Of a stretch of 64,000 bases of DNA, positions 49,571-60,318 are shown one piece after another. The notes below the pieces were generated by a model. It was not told where the DNA came from. It searched no databases and worked only from the letters and a program-made list of their open reading frames with translations. Each line of letters starts with the position of its first letter. Positions within the stretch are counted from its first letter, which is position 1. This stretch comes from an uncultured PS1 clade bacterium (GTDB lineage Bacteria > Pseudomonadota > Alphaproteobacteria > MED-G09). The stretch lies in NCBI GenBank assembly GCA_902626605.1, contig CACOFZ010000002.1, positions 89,586 to 153,585 of the forward strand, read 5' to 3'. Position numbers and translations under genes: made by a program.

Positions 49571-50884
49571 TCATCTTACAAAACTCATTGGCTCTCCTAA
49601 TGGATCAAAAACAATATCATCCTTCATAACAATATTATCTCTAATAATAGTCATTACTGGCCAACCTTTTACTTTCATATTATTATATGGTGTCCAACCA
49701 CATTTACTAGCTATCCAATCATTAGTTATAACTCTTTCTCTATTCATATCGATAACAGTAAAATCAGCATCATATCCAATTTCTATTTGACCTTTTCCTT
49801 TTATTTTAAATAACTTAGAGGGATTATAACTAGTAAGTTCCACAAATCTTTGTAAAGTTAATTTTTCGTTATTTACATGATTTAACATTATGGGAACTAA
49901 GGTTTGAACACCAGGCATTCCTGATGGAGAGTCAGGATATTCAACCTCCTTTTCATCTCGAGAATGGGGTGCATGATCTGACCCTATAATATCTGCTGTC
50001 CCATTTCTAATACCTTCCCATAGTTTTTCTTGATGCTCCAAACTTCTTATTGGAGGATTCATTTGGGCATAATTACCTAAATTATTATAACAATCAGGCG
50101 CATTAAAGGTTAGATGTTGAGGAGTAATTTCAACAGAGGCTATATCTTTATTTTTCGCTAAAAATTCTATTTCCTGCCCTGTTGAAACATGGAGAATATG
50201 AATATTTTTTTTATTCTTTCTTGCAATTTTTACAATTCGTTTAGTTGCTTTAAAGCATTGTTCATCATTCCTCCATATTTCATGAGAATTTGTATCACCT
50301 TTTATTCGGTATTTTTTTCTTTCTTCTAATAAATCTTGATCTTCACTATGAAAGGATGCCCTATTATTTATATTTGACAATATTCTATCTAATTCTTTAT
50401 CACCAGAAACCAATAACGTTCCTGTGCTTAAACCCATAAAAACTTTAACTCCGCAACAACCAGGGATATTTTCTAGGTTGGGTAATTCTAAATAATTATC
50501 CTCAGTTCCACCAACATAAAAAGCATAATCACAATGAAGTCTTCCTCGTGCTCTAGCAAATTTGTCTAATAAAGCAGCCTCATTTGTAGTTGAGGGATCA
50601 GTATTTGGCATCTCAAATATTCCAGTTACACCCCCCAAAACAGCTGCTTTAGTCCCTGAACTTAAATCTTCTTTATATTCTCCTCCTGGTTCACGAAAAT
50701 GTACTTGAGTATCTATTACTCCTGGTAATATATGAAGATCAGTAATGTCAATAATTTGACTTGCTTCTTCCTCAGAAAGATTACCTATTTTCATAATCTT
50801 TCCTTCCTTAACAGCGATGTCAGATATATATGTTTTGTTGTGGGTCACTATAGTTGACCCTTTATAGATTGTATCAAACGACAT
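49571..50884 (-). CDS. pyrC: Dihydroorotase (cyclic amidohydrolase, class I-like)
   Basis: 437 aa with metal-ligand motifs DTQVHFREPG, carboxylated-Lys region and DHAPH. Allantoinase or hydantoinase not excluded. Confidence 0.7.
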   Translation of the reverse strand: MSFDTIYKGSTIVTHNKTYISDIAVKEGKIMKIGNLSEEEASQIIDITDLHILPGVIDTQVHFREPGGEYKEDLSSGTKAAVLGGVTGIFEMPNTDPSTTNEAALLDKFARARGRLHCDYAFYVGGTEDNYLELPNLENIPGCCGVKVFMGLSTGTLLVSGDKELDRILSNINNRASFHSEDQDLLEERKKYRIKGDTNSHEIWRNDEQCFKATKRIVKIARKNKKNIHILHVSTGQEIEFLAKNKDIASVEITPQHLTFNAPDCYNNLGNYAQMNPPIRSLEHQEKLWEGIRNGTADIIGSDHAPHSRDEKEVEYPDSPSGMPGVQTLVPIMLNHVNNEKLTLQRFVELTSYNPSKLFKIKGKGQIEIGYDADFTVIDMNRERVITNDWIASKCGWTPYNNMKVKGWPVMTIIRDNIVMKDDIVFDPLGEPMSFVR

Positions 50885-50940
50885 TGTTTCTTTTACCCTA
50901 ATTCATTATAGTTAATAATTATCATTATAAAAATATTAAT

Positions 50941-51759
50941 ATGAAAAAAAAATTAATAAAATTATCAGATCGTTCGATACTCCAAGTTGAGGGTATAGAT
51001 GGTGAAAAATTTCTTCAAGGTATAGTTACTTGTAATGTTGAAAAAATAGCAAATAAATTATCTTATGGATCAATTTTAACCCCTCAAGGTAAACTTTTAT
51101 ATGATTTTATTATTTCAAGACAAAATAATAATTTTTTAATTGATATCTATAAATCAAATATTGATGATTTTATTAAATTGTTAAATATGTATAAATTAAA
51201 ATCAGATATTAAATTAATCAAAAGAGAGGACTTATCTGTTTTTGTAGATATAAATGATGGACATAGTGATAATGAGAATATTGATCCTAGACTTGCATCA
51301 ATTGGGCTAAGAAAAATTTTAAAATCTGATTATGAATATTCCTCTCATGAAAAAATTTTATACGAAAAAAAACTAATTAAGTTAGGAATTGCTGAAACTG
51401 GAGATGGGATAAAACCTGGTGATATATTTCCAATTGAGGCAAATTTAGATTATTTAAATGGGATTGATTTTCAAAAAGGTTGCTTTATAGGTCAGGAAGT
51501 TAGCTCTCGGATGTACAGAAGAGGAAAAGCAAAAAAAAGAATTGTGTGCTTTAAAAGTAACGATAACTTTACTAATAATGATGAATTAGTTTATAATAAT
51601 AAAACAATTGGAACGGTGATAAAGAAAATAGAAGATTATGGTATAGCTTTAATCAAAATAGATAAAATTATTAATCCCGAAAGAGAGACAATCACAATCA
51701 CAAGTAAAGATGGAATTAAGAGTATTGATATTAATTTGCCAACGTTCTTCCCAATTTAG
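50941..51759 (+). CDS. ygfZ: YgfZ/GcvT-like folate-binding Fe-S cluster repair protein
   Basis: 272 aa with YgfZ signature KGCFIGQE and a GcvT-like N-terminal fold. Confidence 0.75.
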   Translation: MKKKLIKLSDRSILQVEGIDGEKFLQGIVTCNVEKIANKLSYGSILTPQGKLLYDFIISRQNNNFLIDIYKSNIDDFIKLLNMYKLKSDIKLIKREDLSVFVDINDGHSDNENIDPRLASIGLRKILKSDYEYSSHEKILYEKKLIKLGIAETGDGIKPGDIFPIEANLDYLNGIDFQKGCFIGQEVSSRMYRRGKAKKRIVCFKSNDNFTNNDELVYNNKTIGTVIKKIEDYGIALIKIDKIINPERETITITSKDGIKSIDINLPTFFPI

Positions 51760-51770
51760 ATTTTAAAAAT

Positions 51771-52820
51771 ATGAAAAAACAAAAGACAAAAAATAAAGAT
51801 TTTTTATCAGGACCAGAAATACTTAAAGAAATGAATATTTCATGGACAGAGAAAATGTTTAAAGAGACCGAGCATCAATATAATAAAGTTGCAGGTATTA
51901 TTCCTGAAATTGAATGGCCTTTTTTTGCTCCTTATATAAAAGCAATTAATATTCTTAAAAAAGATATGAATGCAGTTATTTTAGCTCATAATTATCAAAC
52001 TCCTGAAATTTTTCATTGTATAAGTGATATTAGAGGTGACTCTCTTCAATTGGCCAAAGAAGCAGGGAGTGTTGATGCTGACATAATTCTTCAATGCGGT
52101 GTTCACTTCATGGCTGAAACTTCTAAACTTTTAAATATGGATAAAACAGTTCTTATTCCAAGTATGGATGCAGGATGTTCATTGGCAGAGTCTATAACTG
52201 GTGAAGATGTTAGAAAAATAAAAGAAGAGAATCCTAATATTCCTGTTGTTACTTATGTCAATACTTCAGCTGAAGTAAAGGCTGAGTCGGATGTTTGTTG
52301 TACATCGTCAAATGCACTAGATATAGTTAACTCACTAGATTCCGATGAAATAATATTTTTACCTGATGAGTATCTTGCAATGAATGTTGCTAAAGAAACA
52401 AAAAAGAAAATTATTATGTGGAAAGGAAGGTGTGAAGTACATGAAGAATTTACACCGGAGGAAATTAGAGAGTTTAGAGAAAATGAGCCTGGAGTAAGAG
52501 TTATTGCTCATCCTGAATGTTCACCAGAAGTTGTAGCAGAGTCTGATTTTTCTGGATCAACAGCTGCAATGATTAATTGGGTAAAAGATAATCAACCGGA
52601 AAAGGTCTTAATGGTAACTGAATGCTCTATGAGTGATAATATCTCTGTTGAAAATCCAAATGTAAATTTTGTAAGGCCTTGTAATTTATGTCCCCATATG
52701 AAAACAATTAACCTTGAGAATATCTTAGAATCATTGTGGAATAAAAAAGTAGAAGTTTTAGTTAATCCCGAAGTTGCAATCAAAGCAAAACAAGCAATTG
52801 TTAAAATGATTGAATTATGA
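51771..52820 (+). CDS. nadA: Quinolinate synthase
   Basis: 349 aa with the three NadA Cys ligands (C in [23 protein letters not shown]) and conserved core. Confidence 0.85.
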   Translation: MKKQKTKNKDFLSGPEILKEMNISWTEKMFKETEHQYNKVAGIIPEIEWPFFAPYIKAINILKKDMNAVILAHNYQTPEIFHCISDIRGDSLQLAKEAGSVDADIILQCGVHFMAETSKLLNMDKTVLIPSMDAGCSLAESITGEDVRKIKEENPNIPVVTYVNTSAEVKAESDVCCTSSNALDIVNSLDSDEIIFLPDEYLAMNVAKETKKKIIMWKGRCEVHEEFTPEEIREFRENEPGVRVIAHPECSPEVVAESDFSGSTAAMINWVKDNQPEKVLMVTECSMSDNISVENPNVNFVRPCNLCPHMKTINLENILESLWNKKVEVLVNPEVAIKAKQAIVKMIEL

Positions 52821-53665
52821 TTGAAGTAAATCCTCTAGAATTTTCATTTGAAAAAATTGTAAAAGATGCGCTTTATGAAGATTTAGGTCACCAAGGTGAT
52901 ATAACTAGTAATTCAGTAATAGATAAAAATTTACAAAATAGCTTTGTTTTAAAATCTAGATCGGATGGAGTAATTTCTGGGATACAAGTTGCCGAGTTAT
53001 CATTTAAAATATTAGATAGTAGTTTAAATTTTAAGAAAAAATTAAATGATGGCTCAATTGTAAAAAAAGAAGATATTATTGCCACAATAGATGGTTATGC
53101 ATCTTCAATACTCAGCGCCGAAAGAACGGCCTTAAATTTTTTAAGTCATTTATCAGGAATAGCATCAGCAACCAACGAAATGGTAAATTTAATATCTGAA
53201 ACAAATACAAAAATTGTTTCAACCCGAAAAACTACACCTAATCTTAGAATATTAGAAAAATATGCTGTTAAAGACGGAGGCGGTATGAACCATCGCTTTG
53301 GTTTATATGACGGTATATTAATAAAAGATAATCATCTTGCACTTTCAGGATCTATAACCAATTCTGTTTCTTTAGCGAGGGAAAAATGTGGCCATATGGT
53401 TAATATAGAAGTTGAAGTTGATAATTTGGATCAATATAGAGAGGCATTAGAAACACAAACAAACGCAATTCTTCTTGATAATTTTAAAATAGACGATTTA
53501 GTAAAAGCAGTTAATCTAAATAAAAAAAATATAATATTGGAAGCGTCAGGAAAAATTACAAAAGATAATATTCTCGAAATAGCAAAAACAGGTGTAAATT
53601 TAATTTCTTCTGGTTGGCTTACTCATTCATCGCCATCACTTGATATAGGCTTAGATTTCTCTTGA
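52817..53665 (+). CDS. nadC: Nicotinate-nucleotide pyrophosphorylase (carboxylating)
   Basis: 282 aa QPRTase fold ([13 protein letters not shown]). 4-nt overlap with nadA. Confidence 0.88.
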   Translation: MIEVNPLEFSFEKIVKDALYEDLGHQGDITSNSVIDKNLQNSFVLKSRSDGVISGIQVAELSFKILDSSLNFKKKLNDGSIVKKEDIIATIDGYASSILSAERTALNFLSHLSGIASATNEMVNLISETNTKIVSTRKTTPNLRILEKYAVKDGGGMNHRFGLYDGILIKDNHLALSGSITNSVSLAREKCGHMVNIEVEVDNLDQYREALETQTNAILLDNFKIDDLVKAVNLNKKNIILEASGKITKDNILEIAKTGVNLISSGWLTHSSPSLDIGLDFS

Positions 53666-53675
53666 GGTATTTATT

Positions 53676-54458
53676 ATGAAAAATTTAAAATCTATTTTTA
53701 TTACCGGTGCCGCTGGAGGGATGGGACGTTCAACAGCGAAACTTTTTCTGGAAAAAAATTGGTTTGTCGGCTGTTATGATAATAACAAAGAAAATCTTTT
53801 AGAACTAGAAAGTCAACTTGGAAACGAAAATATAATATACGATGTATTAGACGTTACAAATAAAGAGAATTTTCAGGACTGCGTTAATAATTTTTCCTTA
53901 AGATCTGAAGAAAAACTAGACATACTTTTTAATAATGCAGGAATTACTGAGGGAGGTTTTTTTGATGAAATACCTTATCAGAGGCATATGGATATTATTA
54001 ATATAAATATTGTCGGGGTAATAAATGGAATATATTCTGCAGTAAATTTATTAAAAAATACAGCCAATTCTATAAGTATAACAACATCTTCTAGTTCAGG
54101 AATAATGGGAATGGAGATGATAGCCTCATATTCTGCTTCAAAGCATGCTGTAAAAGGCTTAACTGAGTCACTTTCATCGGAGTTTAAAAGATTCAACTCA
54201 AGAGCTGCTGATATACTTCCTGGTGTTATTGATACACCAATGATTAGAGACGAAATAAGAAAAAATTTGCCAAAAGATGGTATTTGGAGATTGATTTCAT
54301 CAGAAGAAATAGCAAAAACTGTTTGGAATGCTTATCAATCAGATAAGATTCATTGGTACGTTCCTGAAGAATTGGAGGAGCTTGAAAAAGAGGTAGCTGC
54401 AAATCCTCAAAAAGCAAGAGAGCTTTTAAAAACATCAGGCCCTTTAAGTAATGATTAA
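53676..54458 (+). CDS. Short-chain dehydrogenase/reductase
   Basis: 260 aa with TGAAGGMG Rossmann motif and YSASK catalytic pair. Confidence 0.75.
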   Translation: MKNLKSIFITGAAGGMGRSTAKLFLEKNWFVGCYDNNKENLLELESQLGNENIIYDVLDVTNKENFQDCVNNFSLRSEEKLDILFNNAGITEGGFFDEIPYQRHMDIININIVGVINGIYSAVNLLKNTANSISITTSSSSGIMGMEMIASYSASKHAVKGLTESLSSEFKRFNSRAADILPGVIDTPMIRDEIRKNLPKDGIWRLISSEEIAKTVWNAYQSDKIHWYVPEELEELEKEVAANPQKARELLKTSGPLSND

Positions 54459-54463
54459 TTATT

Positions 54464-56152
54464 TTATTGATTTATAATTTTCTTTGTTTCTTTTAGAAAA
54501 CTCAAAACATTATTGATTTCGTTTTTATTAATTTCTTTGCACCAATTTATAATTTCACTCAATGATACAGGTAAATTAGGAATAATTGTTGGAGTTTCAC
54601 CAATATATACTTCGCCATTTTCACCATTAATAGTAATTATCTCTTCCTCAGTAATAAACTTACCCCCGCAGTGAAATCTTTTATTATCTATATCAATTTT
54701 TATATCTCTTGCTCCTGTAACGCATGTTTTACCTAAACCTCTTGAAACAACTGCTGCGTGACTTGTCATACCGCCTTGGGTAGTTAAAATTCCTGATGAT
54801 GCATGCATCGCTTTTATATCATTTGCATTTGTTTCTTTTAAAACTAAAATTGTTTTTTGTTTTTTATTTTTAAATTTAGTTAAACTTTCAAAATCAAATA
54901 CAACGACTCCTGAAACTACCCCTAAAGAAGCTGGAAGCCCCTTAGTTAATATTTCATTTTTATTTTTTGGATCAATTATGGGTGATAATAACTTTTCAAT
55001 TTTTTCAATATCTAGAGATAAAATAGCCTCTTTTTTTGTAATTAATTTCTCTTTAACCATGTCGCAATAGATTACTAATGAAGCTTCAATATTTGACTCT
55101 GCTTTTCTTGATTGCAAAATCCATAATTTTTTAGACTCTATTGTGAATTCAATATCTTGGATACATGAAAAATAATTTTCTAATTTTTTAGAAAATTTTT
55201 CTAACGCCTTATAACAATCAGGAAATTTTTCTTCTAAAGATAATATTGTTGATGGTGATTCGCTTTTATCGACATTACTAATAGCCCAAGGGGTTTTAAA
55301 ACCAGAAACTATATCCTCACCTTGAGATCTAATAATATACTCGCCTTTTAATCTTTTTTTTCCATCTTGGGGGTTTCTAGAAAAAACTACTCCGGTTGCG
55401 CTCTCATCATCTAAATTTCCAAAGACCATTCTTTGAATATTTACTGCCGTACCAAAATCATCAGGAATTTCATTAATTCTTCTATAGTCAATTGCTCTCT
55501 CATTAAACCAAGACTCCATTACCGCATTGATGCTTAAGACAAGCTGTTCATTCACATCCTCTGGAAAGGGTCTTCCAATTCTTTCTTCAATTAAAATTAA
55601 ATATTGATTACATATTTCTTCAATATCATTGACTTCTAAATCTTTTTCAAACTGAAGACCAGCTCCTAAAAGATAGCTATCTAAAATTTCATCAAAATAA
55701 AAGTGTTCAATTTTATATACTACGTGAGAAAACATATGCAAAAAACGCCGCCATGTATCCCAAGCAAATAATCCTTTGTTTTGTTTTTCATAAAATTTAA
55801 GAACTTTCTTATTAAATCCAATATTTAGGATGGTATCAAGCATACCTGGCATTGATTTTTGCGATCCAGATCTCACTGAAACTAGCAAAGGGTTTATAGA
55901 AGAACCAAACTTGCAATTTGACATTTTTTCTAATTTTGAAATATTTTCTGCTAACTCATTTTTAAATTCAATTGGAAAGGATTTATTTTTCTGAAAATAA
56001 TGGTTGAGTGTTGTTAAAATTGTAAAACCTTGGGGTACAGGTAATCCTAGATCTGTCATCAAATTCAAACCAACACCTTTATTGCCTAATAATTCAGCTG
56101 GGTTTTTTAATTCATTAATATTTTTGTTAAAACTGTAAATCCATTTTTCCAT
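54464..56152 (-). CDS. Pyruvate,phosphate dikinase-like protein containing only the ATP-grasp (PPDK_N) and phosphohistidine swivel domains
   Basis: 562 aa. N-terminus MEKWIYSF...LLGNKGVGLNLMTDLGLPVPQGFTILT is collinear with the PPDK N-terminus. Central GGMTSHAAVVSRGLGKTCVTG contains the phospho-His. The protein ends about 90 aa later; the PEP/pyruvate TIM-barrel domain is absent, and the convergent neighbour begins 5 bp away. Confidence 0.7.
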   Translation of the reverse strand: MEKWIYSFNKNINELKNPAELLGNKGVGLNLMTDLGLPVPQGFTILTTLNHYFQKNKSFPIEFKNELAENISKLEKMSNCKFGSSINPLLVSVRSGSQKSMPGMLDTILNIGFNKKVLKFYEKQNKGLFAWDTWRRFLHMFSHVVYKIEHFYFDEILDSYLLGAGLQFEKDLEVNDIEEICNQYLILIEERIGRPFPEDVNEQLVLSINAVMESWFNERAIDYRRINEIPDDFGTAVNIQRMVFGNLDDESATGVVFSRNPQDGKKRLKGEYIIRSQGEDIVSGFKTPWAISNVDKSESPSTILSLEEKFPDCYKALEKFSKKLENYFSCIQDIEFTIESKKLWILQSRKAESNIEASLVIYCDMVKEKLITKKEAILSLDIEKIEKLLSPIIDPKNKNEILTKGLPASLGVVSGVVVFDFESLTKFKNKKQKTILVLKETNANDIKAMHASSGILTTQGGMTSHAAVVSRGLGKTCVTGARDIKIDIDNKRFHCGGKFITEEEIITINGENGEVYIGETPTIIPNLPVSLSEIINWCKEINKNEINNVLSFLKETKKIINQ

Positions 56153-56165
56153 TTATGTGGTATAC

Positions 56166-57524
56166 CTATAAAAGATTTTTTTGAAAATAATTAGGGGCTT
56201 CATCACAACTTATTCTTACTTGTTCCATTGTATCCCTATCTCTTACAGTAATTGTATCGTCGTCTAAACTTTGAAAATCAACTGTAATGCACATTGGAGT
56301 ACCTACCTCATCGTGTCTTCTATAACTTTTACCAATATTACCAGAGTTATCTAATAACACTCGTCCTAGTTTCAAGCTTTGAAGCATTCTTTTGATATCT
56401 AAAGCTTTTTCTACAATTTCATCATTATTTCTTTTTAGAGGTATTACTGCTGCCTTAATCGGAGAAAGATGAGGTTTAAGTGCAAGAACTGTTCTTTCCC
56501 TTCCATCATCAAATTTTTCAATTCTATAAGACTCGTTCAAAATTGCCAAAACACCTCTATCCACTCCTGCTGAAGGCTCAATAACAAAAGGAATAACCCA
56601 ATCATTAGTTTTTTTATTTTGAATTGCTAATTTAGTAACTGAATCTTCATTTTTAATTACCTTTGAATCAATTTGAAAATCTTTTTGATGTCTAGTATGT
56701 GAACCAATATCAAAATCAGTTCTATTGGCAATACCCTCAAGCTCTTCAACACCGTGAGGAAATTTATACATAATATCTATAGTTTTCTTTGAGTAATGTG
56801 AAAGATCTTTTTTAGGAACATCAATTATCTGAATATTTTCCTTACTTATTCCTTGATTTTCCCACCACTCAATTCTTTTTTCTACCCATTTTTCATGCCA
56901 ATCCTCGTCTGTACCTGGTTCGACAAAAAATTCTAATTCCATTTGCTCGAACTCTCTAACTCTAAAAATAAAATTTCTAGGGGTAATTTCATTACGAAAT
57001 GCTTTACCAATTTGAGCTATCCCGAAAGGTAAAACCCTTGAGGTTGAGTCAATAACATTCTTAAAATTAGTAAAAATTTGTTGAGCAGTTTCGGGCCTTA
57101 AATAAGCAAAATTTGATCCATCATCAACAGGGCCCACATTAGTTTTAAACATAAGATTAAATGGTCTTGGCTCAGTAAGATTTTCTGAACCACATGATGG
57201 ACAAAGATTATCCTTAATATGATCAGCTCTCCATCTTGATTTGCAATCTTTACAATCTACAAGAGGATCAGTAAATGTTTCTTCGTGACCGGAATATTTA
57301 AGAACATGTGGATGAGTTAAAATAGAAGAATCTAGACCCTCAACGTCATCTCTCTCATACACCATAGAACTCCACCAAGAACTCTTTAGGTTATTCTTAA
57401 GCTCTACACCAAGCGGTCCATAATCATATAAACCTTGAAGACCACCATAGATTTCATTTGTCTGATATATGAAGCCTCTTCTTTTACATAAAGAGACCAA
57501 CTCATCCATATTTTCAGCAACCAT
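56166..57524 (-). CDS. glyQS: Glycine--tRNA ligase, dimeric (alpha2) type
   Basis: 452 aa class II aaRS with the typical GlyRS2 N-terminus ([14 protein letters not shown]) and anticodon-binding C-terminus. Confidence 0.88.
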   Translation of the reverse strand: MVAENMDELVSLCKRRGFIYQTNEIYGGLQGLYDYGPLGVELKNNLKSSWWSSMVYERDDVEGLDSSILTHPHVLKYSGHEETFTDPLVDCKDCKSRWRADHIKDNLCPSCGSENLTEPRPFNLMFKTNVGPVDDGSNFAYLRPETAQQIFTNFKNVIDSTSRVLPFGIAQIGKAFRNEITPRNFIFRVREFEQMELEFFVEPGTDEDWHEKWVEKRIEWWENQGISKENIQIIDVPKKDLSHYSKKTIDIMYKFPHGVEELEGIANRTDFDIGSHTRHQKDFQIDSKVIKNEDSVTKLAIQNKKTNDWVIPFVIEPSAGVDRGVLAILNESYRIEKFDDGRERTVLALKPHLSPIKAAVIPLKRNNDEIVEKALDIKRMLQSLKLGRVLLDNSGNIGKSYRRHDEVGTPMCITVDFQSLDDDTITVRDRDTMEQVRISCDEAPNYFQKNLL

Positions 57525-57596
57525 GGCTAACCTCCATAAAAAGAACTTAACGTATTGTTTTATACTAATCTAATTTTAATAAATAGCACTAAAGAC

Positions 57597-58346
57597 CTAA
57601 TGATTGAAGCCAATTCCATTTCTTAGTAAGTTGTCTATATTTTTTGGAATTTTACCATCCTTATTTGTTAGGATTAAACCTTGATTGTATGATAGAGGTT
57701 TTTTTGAATCTCTAACCCCACTTATAATGAATCTAGATGCTTTTTCATCTTTTTTTGGAAAAATTGGAGTTACTTTTATATCTCCTAGTTTTTTCGAAAA
57801 CAGAAATATCATTTCTGGAAGATTTTGAATATGATTTATAAAGGTTATTGTTCCTCCTGATTTAGAAAAAGTAAGAGCTTTTTTTAACCATAAATCAAAA
57901 GTTCTTTTATTACCTATATTTGCAATTTTTTTATTTTTATTAGATGGTTCAGAGAGATTTTCTTTAATAAAATATGGAGGATTTGCATAAATTTGATCAA
58001 ATGATTGGCGTTTTATAAATTGGTAATTCTCAATTTTTCCTTCAATGTCACCAGCAAAAACTTTAATATTTTTTTTAAAATTATTTAATTCAATATTTTT
58101 TTTTGAAATTTTTAGCATTTCGATGTCATTTTCTATTCCAACAATATCTAAGTTAGGAATTCTTTTTGCTAAGCAAAGAGAGACTACACCTGTACCAAAA
58201 CCTAGTTCCAGGCATGAGTCCCCCTCAAATGCCTTAATTGCAGAAGCCAATAATACAGAGTCATGTCCTGCTCTAAAGCCTTCCTTCAACTGGTATATTT
58301 TTAATTTACCCCCTAAAAAATTATCTAATGTTTCAATTTTACTCAT
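57597..58346 (-). CDS. Class I SAM-dependent methyltransferase, TrmN6/YfiC-like (tRNA1Val adenine37-N6 methyltransferase family)
   Basis: 249 aa with LELGFGTGVVSL (SAM motif I) and NPPY (IYANPPYF). Confidence 0.65.
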   Translation of the reverse strand: MSKIETLDNFLGGKLKIYQLKEGFRAGHDSVLLASAIKAFEGDSCLELGFGTGVVSLCLAKRIPNLDIVGIENDIEMLKISKKNIELNNFKKNIKVFAGDIEGKIENYQFIKRQSFDQIYANPPYFIKENLSEPSNKNKKIANIGNKRTFDLWLKKALTFSKSGGTITFINHIQNLPEMIFLFSKKLGDIKVTPIFPKKDEKASRFIISGVRDSKKPLSYNQGLILTNKDGKIPKNIDNLLRNGIGFNH

Positions 58347-58410
58347 AAATATTAATAATAAATTATCTTAATTTTCATTTTTATTTGTTTAAAGACTACC
58401 CATATAATCT

Positions 58411-59448
58411 ATGCTACATAAATATCAAAATATGTTTAAGGTAAGCATTATGGTAAAAATAAGTAAAGAAGATCTATCACTTCATAATCTCAAAAAATTA
58501 ATTAAAAAAGAATTTAATGAGACAGATAAGTTAATAAAAAATCAAATTAATAGTGATGTTAATAGAATACCAAAATTATCAAAACATATAATTGACCTTG
58601 GGGGTAAAAGACTAAGACCCATGTTAACAATCTCATGTGCAAAAATGCTTAAAATTAGAAATAAAAACCATATAAAGCTAGCTGCTGCAGTTGAATTATT
58701 ACATACCGCAACCCTTCTACATGATGATGTTGTAGATGAAAGTATTTACAGAAGAGGAGAAAAAACATCGCATACATTATGGGATAACAAATCAAGTATT
58801 TTGGTTGGTGATTTTTTGCTAGGTAAGGCCTTCCAACTTATGGTTAAAACTAATTCTATTGAATGTTTAAATATACTATCAAAAGCTGCAGCAATAATTG
58901 CTGAAGGCGAAGTTTTGCAATTAGTTGAAACTAATAATGTAAGTATTAAGGAGATTAATTATATAAAAATAATAGAGTCTAAAACCGCAGCTCTTTTCTC
59001 AAGTGCTTGTGAAGTTGGAGGCATTGTATCAGGAGCAAATAAATCTCAAAGAAAGAATCTTTTTAATTTTGGTAAAAATCTTGGTACAGCGTTTCAGTTA
59101 AAAGATGATGCCCTCGACTATGATGGCTCTTCAAATAAAATGGGTAAAAATAATGGTGATGATTTTTATGATGGAAAAGTAACTCTTCCAATTATTTTGG
59201 CCATGAAAAATGCTAGTAAAAAAGAAAAGGATTTTTTGAAAAAAACATTCAATAAAAAAGTAAGAAATAAAACTGATCTTGAAATTGCAAAAAAAATAAT
59301 AAGAGATAAGGATACAATAAATCAAACGTTAAAATTAGCAAATAGATATGGTGAGAAGGCTAAGTACATTATGAGAGATTTTGAGAATAACCCTATAAGA
59401 AATGCTTTAATAGATTTGGTAGATTTTTCTCTAATTAGAAATCATTAA
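58411..59448 (+). CDS. ispB: Octaprenyl/all-trans-polyprenyl diphosphate synthase
   Basis: 345 aa with DDVVDES and LKDDALD Asp-rich motifs and a long-chain-type chain-length region. Start uncertain (ATG 58411, 58432 or 58450). Confidence 0.85.
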   Translation: MLHKYQNMFKVSIMVKISKEDLSLHNLKKLIKKEFNETDKLIKNQINSDVNRIPKLSKHIIDLGGKRLRPMLTISCAKMLKIRNKNHIKLAAAVELLHTATLLHDDVVDESIYRRGEKTSHTLWDNKSSILVGDFLLGKAFQLMVKTNSIECLNILSKAAAIIAEGEVLQLVETNNVSIKEINYIKIIESKTAALFSSACEVGGIVSGANKSQRKNLFNFGKNLGTAFQLKDDALDYDGSSNKMGKNNGDDFYDGKVTLPIILAMKNASKKEKDFLKKTFNKKVRNKTDLEIAKKIIRDKDTINQTLKLANRYGEKAKYIMRDFENNPIRNALIDLVDFSLIRNH

Positions 59449-60304
59449 GTTTTGTTTTTTTTACAAAACAACTTGGAAAATTCTTTTCAAAGTAATTTGA
59501 TGCAAAATCAATATCTTTTTCGTGAAAAATTCCAAAGCAAGCTGAACCTGAACCAGTCATGGACGAAAAGATAGCATTTTTTTTATTTAAAGATAATAAA
59601 ATATCAGAGATAATTGGATACTTATTTATTGCAATATTTTGCAAATCATTACTGAATTTTTTAAAAAAATCATTACTATTAATATCTGATTTCTTTTCAA
59701 TCCAATCTCTAGTTTCTAACAAATTTTTATCTGTATAATCTTTAATATTTATTAAATTAAAAATTTCTTTGGTAGAGATATTTATAGATGGGTAAATAAT
59801 TAATAAATCATAAATATCGTTGTAATCTAATTCTAGTATTTTTTCTCCTCTACCATGGGCAATTAGAGGTTTTGAAATTATGCATGCTGGAATATCAGAT
59901 CCAATTTCAGCTCCTATATTTATCATATCAATCTTTGATAGTTTTAAATCTAAAAAATTATTTAACATGCGTATTAAGGCAGCAGAATCAGCTGAACCAC
60001 CACCTAGACCAGATCCTAAGGGTATATTTTTTCTAAGTATTAACTTAAAAGGCGGTAGATCATTTAATTTTAAATATTTTTTTAAAATTTCAAGAGTTTT
60101 AAATATTAAATCATTTTTATACGGAATTTTTTCAAATGAAGATTGAATTTCATAATCAAAAATATCTGATTTTGTTAATATTAGTTGATCTGAAAGATTG
60201 CTAAAACAAATAAAACTAAGAAGTTGATGGAAATTATTTTCCTTTTTACCGGTAAGGTTTAAAGAAATATTTATTTTTGATTTTGCTTCCTCAATGATTT
60301 CCAT
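59435..60304 (-). CDS. ispE: 4-(cytidine 5'-diphospho)-2-C-methyl-D-erythritol kinase
   Basis: 289 aa GHMP kinase with PLGSGLGGGSADSAA. 14-nt convergent overlap with ispB. Confidence 0.85.
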   Translation of the reverse strand: MEIIEEAKSKINISLNLTGKKENNFHQLLSFICFSNLSDQLILTKSDIFDYEIQSSFEKIPYKNDLIFKTLEILKKYLKLNDLPPFKLILRKNIPLGSGLGGGSADSAALIRMLNNFLDLKLSKIDMINIGAEIGSDIPACIISKPLIAHGRGEKILELDYNDIYDLLIIYPSINISTKEIFNLINIKDYTDKNLLETRDWIEKKSDINSNDFFKKFSNDLQNIAINKYPIISDILLSLNKKNAIFSSMTGSGSACFGIFHEKDIDFASNYFEKNFPSCFVKKTKLNDF

Positions 60305-60318
60305 AAATATTTAAATAC

